DNA of 59,176 nucleotides from Candidatus Aminicenantes bacterium. GTDB lineage: Bacteria > Acidobacteriota > Aminicenantia > Aminicenantales > UBA4085. The notes under the pieces are model-generated. The model was not told the DNA's origin. It saw nothing but the letters and a program-made list of their open reading frames with translations, and ran no database searches. The translations under genes were made by a program, and so were the position numbers. Shown in pieces: positions 25,829-34,524 of this stretch. Location: positions 1 to 59,176 of the forward strand of contig JAUYDS010000075.1 of assembly GCA_030691735.1 (NCBI GenBank). The letters run 5' to 3'. Each line of letters opens with the position of its first letter. Position 1 is the first letter of the stretch.

Positions 25829-27337
25829 ATGGCCGAAGAGAAAAAAGACATCACGCCCGAGCAGAAAGCGGTGCTCAAAGCGGAGTTCGACAAGGACGGA
25901 CGCAAGGAGCTCCGCAAAGCCATCCCGCTCAAGGAACGGATGAAGCTCGGCCGCCAGAAGATGCCTGAACGGCCGCCCGAGGTCCGCAACCGCGATTTCG
26001 GGGAAGTGAACCAGGGGCTCGATGCCGAGGCGGCCATGGCCGAAGCCCGCCGCTGCTGGGACTGCGCCAACCCGCAGTGCGTGGCCGGCTGTCCGGTCGG
26101 CATCGACATCCCGAGCTTCGTCAAGCTCATCGAACAGGGCAAGTTCCTCGAGGCGGCCTGGAAGCTCAAGGAGACGAACTCCCTGCCGGCCATCTGCGGC
26201 CGTGTCTGCCCCCAGGAAACGCAGTGCGAGGAGATCTGCACCGTCAAGAAATCGACGGGCGTCCCCGTGGCCATCGGAAATCTGGAGCGGTTCGCCGCCG
26301 ACTTCGAGCGGGGGACCGGAAACATCGTTATCCCCCCGCTCCCGCCCTCGACCGGGCGTAAAGCGGCCATCATCGGCGCCGGCCCGGCCGGCCTGACCGT
26401 GGCCGGGGACCTGGCCAAGCTGGGCCATCGGGTGACGATCTTCGAAGCGCTCCACATCTCCGGCGGCGTGTTGGTCTACGGCATTCCGGAATTCCGTCTG
26501 CCCAAGGCCATCCTCAAAGCCGAAGTCGATTACCTGCGGAAGCTCGGCGTCGAGATCAAAACGAGTTTCGTCGTCGGCAAAACCGCGACGATCGATGACC
26601 TGCGGCAGGAGGGCTACGAGGTCTTCTTCATCGGCTCGGGCGCCGGCCTGCCGAACTTCATGAAGATCCCCGGCGAGAACCTCGTCGGCGTCTACTCGGC
26701 CAACGAGTACCTGACCCGCGTCAACCTGATGAAGGCCTACGATTTTCCCAACTACGACACGCCCGTCTTCCCCTCCAAGTGCGCGGCCGTCATCGGCGGC
26801 GGCAACGTGGCCATGGACTCGGTGCGAACGTCCAAGCGCCTCGGCGCGGACCGCTCCATCATCATCTACCGCCGCTCCCGCCACGAGATGCCGGCCCGGA
26901 CCGAGGAGATCCATCATGCCGAAGAGGAAGGGATCGAGTTCCATTTCCTGACGACGCCCATCCGCTACATGGGCGACGACCAGGGTCGGCTCAGGGCCAT
27001 GGAGTGTCTTCGGATGGAGCTCGGCGAGCCCGACTCCTCGGGGCGGCGCAAACCCGTTCCCGTGCCCGGTTCGGAGTTCATCACCGAGGTCGACCTGGTC
27101 GTGGTGGCCATCGGCCAGAGCCCCAATCCGCTCATCCCCCAGACGACCCCCGGCCTCAAGATGGGCAAATGGGGCAACATCGACGTCGACTGGAAGACGA
27201 TGGCCACGAACCTCGAGGGCGTCTATGCCGGCGGCGACATCATCCGGGGCGGCGCCACGGTCATCTTGGCTATGGGCGACGGCCGGATCGCGGCGATGGA
27301 GATCGACAAATACCTAAGGAAAAAACCGCCCTCTTGA
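25829..27337 (+). CDS. NfnB/SudA/GltD-like NAD(P)H-dependent oxidoreductase (glutamate synthase small-chain family)
   Basis: Two 4Fe-4S motifs (CWDCANPQCVAGCP, CGRVCPQETQCEEIC) and two dinucleotide folds (IIGAGPAGL, VIGGGNVAMD). 502 aa. Confidence 0.9.
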   Translation: MAEEKKDITPEQKAVLKAEFDKDGRKELRKAIPLKERMKLGRQKMPERPPEVRNRDFGEVNQGLDAEAAMAEARRCWDCANPQCVAGCPVGIDIPSFVKLIEQGKFLEAAWKLKETNSLPAICGRVCPQETQCEEICTVKKSTGVPVAIGNLERFAADFERGTGNIVIPPLPPSTGRKAAIIGAGPAGLTVAGDLAKLGHRVTIFEALHISGGVLVYGIPEFRLPKAILKAEVDYLRKLGVEIKTSFVVGKTATIDDLRQEGYEVFFIGSGAGLPNFMKIPGENLVGVYSANEYLTRVNLMKAYDFPNYDTPVFPSKCAAVIGGGNVAMDSVRTSKRLGADRSIIIYRRSRHEMPARTEEIHHAEEEGIEFHFLTTPIRYMGDDQGRLRAMECLRMELGEPDSSGRRKPVPVPGSEFITEVDLVVVAIGQSPNPLIPQTTPGLKMGKWGNIDVDWKTMATNLEGVYAGGDIIRGGATVILAMGDGRIAAMEIDKYLRKKPPS

Positions 27338-28032
27338 TGGGCAATGTTCATCGGACAACGGAACCTTCCATGCGGCAATCCGTGCTTTTTCCCCCGACGC
27401 CGGGACACATCGGGACCGACGAATCCGGCAAGGGCGATTATTTCGGCCCGCTGGTCATCGCCGGGTTCTTCCTGCCGGACGGTCAAGAGGACGTGCTTCG
27501 CGAATTCGGCGTCCGGGACAGCAAGGTCCTTTCTGACAACCGCTGCCGCCAGATCGCCGAGATTTTAAAGGCCGGCTATACGCACGCGGTCGTCGTCATC
27601 GGCCCGGAGAAATACAACGAGCTCTACGCCAAGATGCGCAACCTCAACAAGCTGCTGGCCTGGGGGCATGCCCGGGCCATCGAGAACATCCTGAACGAGG
27701 TGCCTTGCTCTAAAGTCGTCACCGATCAGTTCGGGGACGAACGCTTCGTTCTCAACGCCCTGCTGAAGCAGGGCCGGACGATCGAGCTCGTCCAGCGGAC
27801 AAAAGGGGAGTCCGATCCGGCCGTGGCCGCGGCCTCCATCCTGGCCCGGGCGGAATTCCTGAAACGGCTCCATTTCTTGGGGAAAGACTGGGGCTTGGAC
27901 CTGCCTAAAGGGGCCGGGCCGCAGGTCGAGCAGGCCGCCGCGGCGCTCATAAAAAAACACGGCATCGAGGTCCTCGACAAGACCGTCAAGAGACACTTCA
28001 AGATCACGGACCGGGTGTTGAAACAGGTTTAA
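27337..28032 (+). CDS. rnhC: Ribonuclease HIII-like, lacking the usual N-terminal domain
   Basis: GTDESGKGDYFGPLVIAG catalytic motif begins ~25 aa from the start. 231 aa. ATG 27337 overlaps the upstream TGA (TGATG). Confidence 0.75.
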   Translation: MGNVHRTTEPSMRQSVLFPPTPGHIGTDESGKGDYFGPLVIAGFFLPDGQEDVLREFGVRDSKVLSDNRCRQIAEILKAGYTHAVVVIGPEKYNELYAKMRNLNKLLAWGHARAIENILNEVPCSKVVTDQFGDERFVLNALLKQGRTIELVQRTKGESDPAVAAASILARAEFLKRLHFLGKDWGLDLPKGAGPQVEQAAAALIKKHGIEVLDKTVKRHFKITDRVLKQV

Positions 28033-28036
28033 GTAT

Positions 28037-29254
28037 ATGATCATTCTCCTCAAGATCTTCGCCGTCATCCTCGTTCTCCTTTTTCTCATCCGGAAAAAAT
28101 GGGACCTGGGTCTCGTCCTCTTCCTCGATTCGGCCCTGACGGCGATCTTGTTCGGGCTTCCGCTCAAGGAATTTCTCCGCAACGTCGGCAGCGCCTTGAT
28201 CGACAGCGAGACGCTGAGCCTGATCGGCATCCTCATCCTCGTCCTTTATTTGGGTCATTTTCTCCAGGATCGCGGCCATTTCCGGAGAATGGTCGAAGCC
28301 CTGAAGAACCTCGTCCATGACCCGCGGCTGATCCTGGCCATCCCCTCCGCCTTTATCGGGCTTCTGCCCATGACGGCGGGGGCGATGATGGGCGCTCCGA
28401 TCGTCGAGGAAGCGGCCCGCCGTTGGAAACTGACCGCGGCCTGGAAGACATTTTTCAATTACTGGTTCCGCCATATCTGGGAATACAGCTGGCCGCTCTA
28501 CATCAACCTGATCCTCGCGGCGGCCATTCTGCAGATCCCGATCAAGAAGATCTGTCTGACCCAGTTCCCCTTCACGGTCCTGGCCGCGGCGACGGGGATG
28601 GTCGTCCTCTTACGGAACGTCCCTTATCTCCCGGCGGAGCAGAACAACAGCCGGAGCTGGAAGGATGTGGCCAAGGTCTTTTGGAGCATCTGGCCGATCG
28701 GTCTGACGATCATCCTCATCTTTGGTTTCAGGTTGAACATGCTCCTCGCCCTGGCGATCTCCAGCGCCCTGACCCAAGTTTTTACGCGGATGACCCTCAA
28801 AGAGCGCTGGCCGATCATCCTCCACAGCGTTTCGCCCAAAATCATCCTCCTGACCGCGGCGGTCATGGTCTTCAAAAGAATCCTGGAATCGTCGGGAGCG
28901 CTGGATTCGGTCGTGCGCGTCATCCCTCCCCACGGTCTCTCGGGGTATATCCTTCTTTTTGCGGCCCCGTTTTTCGTCGGGCTGCTGACCGGCGTCAACC
29001 AGGCTTTCGTGGCCATCTCTTTTCCTCTCCTTCTGCCGATCGTCGGCAAGGGCCAGCCGGACATGGTCCTGCTGATGTTCGCCTACGTCAGCGGCTTCTG
29101 CGGGATCCTGCTGTCCCCCGCGCACCTGTGCCTGGCCCTGACAGCGGATTATTTCAAGGCCGAGCTGCGCGACGTCTACAAGATCTTGATCGGGCCGGTG
29201 GCCGTCATTTTTGCGGCGGCCCTCGCGGCGTTGATCCTTTTTAGGATTCTGTGA
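28037..29254 (+). CDS. Polytopic membrane protein (DUF401-like)
   Basis: 405 aa with about 10-12 hydrophobic segments. The N-terminus and size resemble the DUF401 family as I remember it. Confidence 0.55.
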   Translation: MIILLKIFAVILVLLFLIRKKWDLGLVLFLDSALTAILFGLPLKEFLRNVGSALIDSETLSLIGILILVLYLGHFLQDRGHFRRMVEALKNLVHDPRLILAIPSAFIGLLPMTAGAMMGAPIVEEAARRWKLTAAWKTFFNYWFRHIWEYSWPLYINLILAAAILQIPIKKICLTQFPFTVLAAATGMVVLLRNVPYLPAEQNNSRSWKDVAKVFWSIWPIGLTIILIFGFRLNMLLALAISSALTQVFTRMTLKERWPIILHSVSPKIILLTAAVMVFKRILESSGALDSVVRVIPPHGLSGYILLFAAPFFVGLLTGVNQAFVAISFPLLLPIVGKGQPDMVLLMFAYVSGFCGILLSPAHLCLALTADYFKAELRDVYKILIGPVAVIFAAALAALILFRIL

Positions 29255-29278
29255 AAGATATGGGAGCATTGAATAAAT

Positions 29279-29348
29279 GGGTACATATACCGAATTTCTT
29301 AATTAGAGGGGTACATGTACCGAATTTCTTAATTCGGTCCGTGTACCC
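29279..29348. repeat. Family A repeat: tandem 26-nt direct repeat plus hairpin (likely terminator)
   Basis: GGGTACATATACCGAATTTCTTAATT (29279-29304) and GGGTACATGTACCGAATTTCTTAATT (29309-29334). The second copy pairs with AATTCGGTCCGTGTACCC (29331-29348) through a TCTT loop and is followed by GTTTTCT. Confidence 0.85.
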
Positions 29349-29395
29349 GTTTTCTAAGTCGATGTCCCCGTCTTTTGAAGACAGAGGTGACCGAA

Positions 29396-30601
29396 ATGGA
29401 TCATGAACGGCTCGGAACTCGGAGGTTGTATTTCGAGGATGCCAATGCCATGGACTTCGAGGCCGATGTCGTGGAACGGAGGGTCGTGGAGGGTCATCCC
29501 GCCGTCGTCCTCGACCGGACCTGCTTCTATCCGGAGTCCGGCGGCCAGCCTTGGGACAAGGGTTCGATCGACGGCGTCGAGGTCCTCAAGGTCGTCGAAG
29601 ACGGCGAGCGGATCGTTCACGTCCTGGCCGCGGAGGTCCCGGCTTCCCGGGTCAAGGGGGAGGTCGATCGGACCGCGCGCTTCGATCACATGCAGCAGCA
29701 CTCCGGCCAGCACATCCTCTCCCAGGCCTTCTTCGAGCTGTTACGCGGCGAAACGAGATCCTTCCATCTCGGGCCGGATGTCTCGACCCTGGAGATCGGC
29801 ATCGCCGACGCGGACGAGGAGTCCATCGCCCGGGTCGAGCGCCGGGCCAACGAGGTCGTCTTCGAGAACCGCGAGATCAAGACGTATTTCGTGCCGGAGG
29901 AAAAGATCGGAGAGATCCCCCTGCGGCGGCCGCCCAAGGTATCGGGGCTCATCCGCGTCGTCGAAGCGGACGCGTTCGATTACTCGGCCTGCGGGGGGAC
30001 GCACTGTCGGCGGACAGGCGAGATCGGCCTGATCAAGATCACTAAAGGGGAACGGATCCGGGGTAATCTCCGCTTCGAATTCGTCTGCGGCGGCCGGGCG
30101 CTCCGGGATTACGCCATGAAGAACCGGCTCGTCCGGCAGATGGTCGGTCAGTTCAACGTCAAGGAAGCTGACGTCGCCGCCGCGGTGGCGAGGCTGTCCG
30201 AGGAGCTCAAGGCCGTCAAGAAACAAGCGAAGAAGAACGAGGAAGCGCTGGCTCTGTTCGAAGCCCAAGGTTTCATGCAACGAGCCGAAGGGAAGATCAT
30301 CCGGGAGGTGTTCGCCGATAAGTCTCCCGAAGGAGCGCGGTTCCTGGCCCTCCATATCATTCGGCGGGGCCCCTTTGTCGTCCTGTTCGGGACCAGAACG
30401 GAAACGAGAAGCCACCTGATCCTGGCTTGTTCCGAAACGCTCAAGCTGGACATGCGGCACCTCGTCCCGCTCGTCTCTCCCGCGATCAACGGCCGCGGCG
30501 GCGGAGGGCCGTCGCTCGTCGAGATCGCCGGCGATCGCGACTCCGACCTTGCCGCGGCTCTCACGCTGGCGGCCGAGGCGATGCGAAAAAATCTCGAGTG
30601 A
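29396..30601 (+). CDS. alaX: Alanyl-tRNA editing protein AlaX-L-like (tRNA_SAD + DHHA1)
   Basis: Zn/editing motifs HSGQHILSQAF and CGGTHC, with a C-terminal GGGGP DHHA1-like region. GAGGTG RBS 6 nt before ATG 29396; the track start at 29375 is TTG. Confidence 0.8.
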   Translation: MDHERLGTRRLYFEDANAMDFEADVVERRVVEGHPAVVLDRTCFYPESGGQPWDKGSIDGVEVLKVVEDGERIVHVLAAEVPASRVKGEVDRTARFDHMQQHSGQHILSQAFFELLRGETRSFHLGPDVSTLEIGIADADEESIARVERRANEVVFENREIKTYFVPEEKIGEIPLRRPPKVSGLIRVVEADAFDYSACGGTHCRRTGEIGLIKITKGERIRGNLRFEFVCGGRALRDYAMKNRLVRQMVGQFNVKEADVAAAVARLSEELKAVKKQAKKNEEALALFEAQGFMQRAEGKIIREVFADKSPEGARFLALHIIRRGPFVVLFGTRTETRSHLILACSETLKLDMRHLVPLVSPAINGRGGGGPSLVEIAGDRDSDLAAALTLAAEAMRKNLE

Positions 30602-30681
30602 GGCCTCCGCCTGCGATCCTGTGGCAATCGCGGCGGAACTTGAGTAAAATATCCCGAAGCTTGATAAGAGCATAAGTTCAG

Positions 30682-31857
30682 ATGAAGAAAGCGTTTCCGT
30701 TTATCGCGGCGGGGATCCTCATCTCGGCCTTGTTCGCCCAGGATTTCCAGCACGTCGTCTCCGTCATCAACATCGAGATCCCCGTCCGGGTTTTCAAGGG
30801 CGATACCTTCATCGATCATTTGACGCTCAAGGATTTCGAGGTCCTGGAGAACGGCGTGCCCCAGACGATTGAAGCCGTCTACCTCGTCAAGAAGACGGAC
30901 ATCCAACGAAAAGAAGGTAAGACGGGCGTGGCGCCTCAGGTCAGCCGGCAGTTCGTCCTGTTCTTCGATTTGTCGGAATACCTGTCCGAGCTCGATCAGA
31001 CGCTCGATCGGTTCTTCGACGAGGTCTTTCTCCTGGGCGATTCCCTGATCGTCATCACACCGCAAGCCCGCTATCACATGCGGCCGGACGCCATGAACAT
31101 CCCCCGGGAAAAGCTGAAGGACCAGTTGCGGGCGAAACTGCGGCGGGACATCCTCTTCGGGAGCTCGGAATATCTGGGCACGATCCGGGACATGGAAGCG
31201 GCCCTGTTGAACGACTCCGCGCTGGAGGAAAAACTCGAGCTGTATTCGATGTATCTGTCCAAGCTGGAGAGCCTGAGATGGGTCGATGAGGCCAGCCTCC
31301 TGCAGTTCGGCGAGTTCCTTAAATCGACCCCCGGACAGAAATACGTCTATCTCTTCTACCAGAAGGAGCTCATCCCCAAGTTCAATCCCAAGGTCCTGAT
31401 GCAGATGATGACGGTCAACCAGAGCGATACCGCGTTGACCTTCAAGCTCATGGAAAATTTCCAGTTCTTCACCCGCGAAGTGCGCTTCAATCTGGAGGCC
31501 GTCAAGAAGGCTTACGCCGACTCCTCGATCGTCATCCATTTCCTTTACGTGACCAAGACCCCGGCCAGCGACGTGGCCATAACCAGCCAGAACCGTTCAG
31601 GACTGGAAATGGCCGAACAATCCGAAGACATCTTCTCCGCCTTCAAGGAGATCGCCAACGCGACGGGCGGGATCTCGGACAGCTCGGCCAATGCCGCCTC
31701 CGCGTTCCAGCGGGCGGTCGCCGCCTCGGAGAACTATTACCTGATCTATTACAAGCCCAAGGACACCAAGGCCGACGGCCGGTTTCGGGAGTTGAAAGTC
31801 AACATTAAGGACGGCGGCTACCGCGTCATGCACCGGGCCGGCTACATCGCCAAGTGA
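30682..31857 (+). CDS. Acidobacteria-type VWFA-related domain protein
   Basis: Signal peptide, then VINIEIPVRVFKGDTFIDHLTLKDFEVLENGVPQTIEAVYLV and FVLFFDLSEY. This layout matches the VWFA-related family expanded in Acidobacteria (TIGR03436, from memory). The MIDAS motif appears degenerate. Confidence 0.6.
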   Translation: MKKAFPFIAAGILISALFAQDFQHVVSVINIEIPVRVFKGDTFIDHLTLKDFEVLENGVPQTIEAVYLVKKTDIQRKEGKTGVAPQVSRQFVLFFDLSEYLSELDQTLDRFFDEVFLLGDSLIVITPQARYHMRPDAMNIPREKLKDQLRAKLRRDILFGSSEYLGTIRDMEAALLNDSALEEKLELYSMYLSKLESLRWVDEASLLQFGEFLKSTPGQKYVYLFYQKELIPKFNPKVLMQMMTVNQSDTALTFKLMENFQFFTREVRFNLEAVKKAYADSSIVIHFLYVTKTPASDVAITSQNRSGLEMAEQSEDIFSAFKEIANATGGISDSSANAASAFQRAVAASENYYLIYYKPKDTKADGRFRELKVNIKDGGYRVMHRAGYIAK

Positions 31858-31951
31858 GAACTCCGCCGACGGCCCGAACCGAATTTCTCAAACGGTTCTG
31901 TTCTGGAAAGCCTCTAGCACGAGCCTTCAGCGGGGGGTTGGGAGGAGACCT

Positions 31952-33202
31952 CTACTCGTAGCGGAGGGAGACGATCGGATCGAACTTGGACGCCTTTTGA
32001 GCGGGGAAGATCCCGAAGAAGAGACCGACCGAGAACGAGACGAAGAGCCCCAGCAGGACGGACCAGGGCGTGACCGTCGCCGGCAGAGGGGTCGCGGCGC
32101 GGACCAGGAAAGCCACCGCGAAACCGAGGAGCGTGCCCAAGATCCCGCCGATCCCGGTGAGGACCATGGCCTCGATCAGGAACTGCTTCAGGATGTCGGT
32201 CGATTTGGCGCCGAGCGCTTTCCGGATGCCGATCTCCCGCGTCCGCTCCTTGGCCGAGACGAGCATGATGTTCATGACCCCGATCCCGCCGACGAGAAGG
32301 CTGATCGAGGAGATGACGATCATGACCATATAGGCCGCGCCCGTGATCTGATTGTAGAGGTCGAGCATGACATCCATCGTGAATACGGAGAAGTCGTCGG
32401 GCTTGCCGAACCGCACCTTCCGGCGGACTCGGAGCACGTTCCGGATCTGGTCGATGGTCTCCGGGATGGTCCCGTGCTCCATCGGCACGGCCCCAATTTG
32501 GACGCTGGTCTTGTCATAGAGGAAATACTTCGTCAACGTGGTGACCGGGATGCCGACTAAATTGTCGCGGCTCTGGCCGAAGATCGCGCCCCGCTTGCTG
32601 AGGACGCCGATGACCGTGAATTTCTCGCGGCCGACGCGGATCTCTTTGCCCAGGGCGCTCGTATGGGGAAAGAGCGTCTCCGCCGTCTCGGAGCCGAGCA
32701 TGGCCACCCGGCTCGAATGGGTCACATCGGACTCCTGAAGGAGCCGGCCCTCCTTTGGAAGATAAATCGAAAAAACGGATGGATAGTTTTGGTCCATGCC
32801 GATGATGAACGCGCCCTCGCACTTGGTGTTCTGATATTTGACCGTGTTGTCATCGAAAGGGCTGGTGTTGATGATGACCGTCACGGACTTGACCATCGGG
32901 GCCTCCTTCTCGATGGCCCGCGCGTCGTCGTAGGTCAGGTCCTTCCGCTTCCGCTCTTCCTCGGTCGGCTCGCTCATCCGGACCGGATCGAATTTCTGGA
33001 CCATGATCAAGTCCGAACCGGCGGACTCGAGCTCTGTAAGAAAGGATTTGTTCAGCCCCTGGATGATCGAGACCATGCCGATGACGGTCATGACCCCGAT
33101 CATGATCCCGAGCAGGGTCAGGAACGAGCGCAGTTTGTGCGTCTTGAGGGAGTCGAAGGCCATGGCCAGGATTTCCTTGAAGATCCCGTGGCGCACGGTC
33201 AT
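31952..33202 (-). CDS. MacB/FtsX-type ABC transporter permease (no adjacent ATPase)
   Basis: N-terminal TM, a large periplasmic MacB_PCD-like domain and a C-terminal FtsX 3-TM bundle (GIRKALGAK). An ATGA overlap links it to the upstream paralogue. Confidence 0.85.
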   Translation of the reverse strand: MTVRHGIFKEILAMAFDSLKTHKLRSFLTLLGIMIGVMTVIGMVSIIQGLNKSFLTELESAGSDLIMVQKFDPVRMSEPTEEERKRKDLTYDDARAIEKEAPMVKSVTVIINTSPFDDNTVKYQNTKCEGAFIIGMDQNYPSVFSIYLPKEGRLLQESDVTHSSRVAMLGSETAETLFPHTSALGKEIRVGREKFTVIGVLSKRGAIFGQSRDNLVGIPVTTLTKYFLYDKTSVQIGAVPMEHGTIPETIDQIRNVLRVRRKVRFGKPDDFSVFTMDVMLDLYNQITGAAYMVMIVISSISLLVGGIGVMNIMLVSAKERTREIGIRKALGAKSTDILKQFLIEAMVLTGIGGILGTLLGFAVAFLVRAATPLPATVTPWSVLLGLFVSFSVGLFFGIFPAQKASKFDPIVSLRYE

Positions 33203-34434
33203 TGTTCGGACCTCAAGGCTTCGACGGGATTGAGCTTGGCCGCCTTGTTGGCCGGGTAGATGCCGAAGAACAGGCCGAGGGAGGTGGACATGACGATGGC
33301 CATCAGGACGGAGAACGGCTCGACCCGCGAGGGCATCGACGTCGCGGCCGTGATGATCTTAGCCAGGAGGAAACCGAGGACGATGCCGACCAGTCCGCCG
33401 ACGCCGGAGATCGTCGACGACTCGATCAGGAACTGGTAAAGGATGTCCTTGCGGCGGGCGCCGATGGCCATCCGGATGCCGATCTCCTTGGTCCGCTCGG
33501 TCACCGAGACGAGCATGATGTTCATGACGACGATACCGCCGACGAGCAGGGCGATGGCGGCGATGCCGATCATGGCGAAATAGATGCCGGACGTGGCCGT
33601 CTTGTAGAACTGGATGAAGGTGTCCGACGTCCGGAAGGAAAAATCGTCAGGTTTGTTGAATGTCAGCTTCCGGGCCGAGCGGAGGATCGTCCGGACCTCT
33701 TCTTGGGCCGCGGCCATCTCCTCCAGTCCGGCCGTGTGGATGTTGATGTTGTAACTGCGCCGCGAGCCGTAGATCTTGTCGAACGTCGTGATGGGGAGGC
33801 GGATATAATTGTCCTGGCTGAAGCCGAGGACCTTGCCCTGCTTCTTGCCGAGGCCGATGATGAGGAAATTGGCGTTGCCGACCTTGAGCCGTCGGCCCAG
33901 CGGATCGAGATAGGGAAAGAGCTTTTCGGCGATGTCGGCGCCGATAACGCAGATGTCCCTCGAATGGTCCTCGTCCTCCTTCTGGACGTGCCGGCCGCGC
34001 TCGAGCTCGATCACGGAGCCGATCATATGATCGAGATAGGTGACGCCCCGGACCTCGACATTCTTCACCTCTTGGCTCCCGAACTTGGCCGTGCGGGTGG
34101 TGCCGGCGCTGGCGCCGATCAGCTCGCAGGTCGTGCATTTTTCGCGGAGGAGATACATCAGGTCGAGGGTGATGTCCTTCCTTTTCAGCTGTTCCTTAAA
34201 GTCCTTGAGAGTCCCCCCGATCATCGAGATTTTGGAAACGGAGAAATCGTTCGCGCCGTAGAAGGACATCTTCGTGTAGACGTAGTTGTTCAGGCCTTGA
34301 ATGACGGACACGACGGTGATGATGGTCAGGACGCCGATGACGATCCCCAGAAGGGTCAGGAAGGTCCTCAGCTTGTTGGACCAGAGGGACCCCATCGCCA
34401 TCGAGAACGATTCGCCGATATTGATCTTGGCCAT
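33199..34434 (-). CDS. MacB/FtsX-type ABC transporter permease (no adjacent ATPase)
   Basis: Same architecture as its neighbour (GIRMAIGAR motif). 411 aa. Confidence 0.85.
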   Translation of the reverse strand: MAKINIGESFSMAMGSLWSNKLRTFLTLLGIVIGVLTIITVVSVIQGLNNYVYTKMSFYGANDFSVSKISMIGGTLKDFKEQLKRKDITLDLMYLLREKCTTCELIGASAGTTRTAKFGSQEVKNVEVRGVTYLDHMIGSVIELERGRHVQKEDEDHSRDICVIGADIAEKLFPYLDPLGRRLKVGNANFLIIGLGKKQGKVLGFSQDNYIRLPITTFDKIYGSRRSYNINIHTAGLEEMAAAQEEVRTILRSARKLTFNKPDDFSFRTSDTFIQFYKTATSGIYFAMIGIAAIALLVGGIVVMNIMLVSVTERTKEIGIRMAIGARRKDILYQFLIESSTISGVGGLVGIVLGFLLAKIITAATSMPSRVEPFSVLMAIVMSTSLGLFFGIYPANKAAKLNPVEALRSEQ

Positions 34435-34491
34435 GGTTCAAGCGGAATATTCTACAGGAATTGGTACGAAAAAGCGAAAAAATGGTTCAAG

Positions 34492-34516
34492 AGAGCGTTC
34501 GCCCGCTTCGAGCGAG
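34492..34516. repeat. Solo copy of family C repeat (AGAGCGTTCGCCCGCTTCGAGCGAG)
   Basis: Exact reverse complement of 6424-6447 extended, and a near-match to 6716-6740. It lies 8 nt upstream of a TTGACA box. Confidence 0.85.
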
Positions 34517-34524
34517 TATAATTC

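Noticed and set aside
29279-29334. Possible mini-CRISPR (two 26-nt direct repeats)
   Set aside because: Only two copies separated by 4 nt, no spacers, and no cas genes in the window. The structure fits a REP or terminator element instead.
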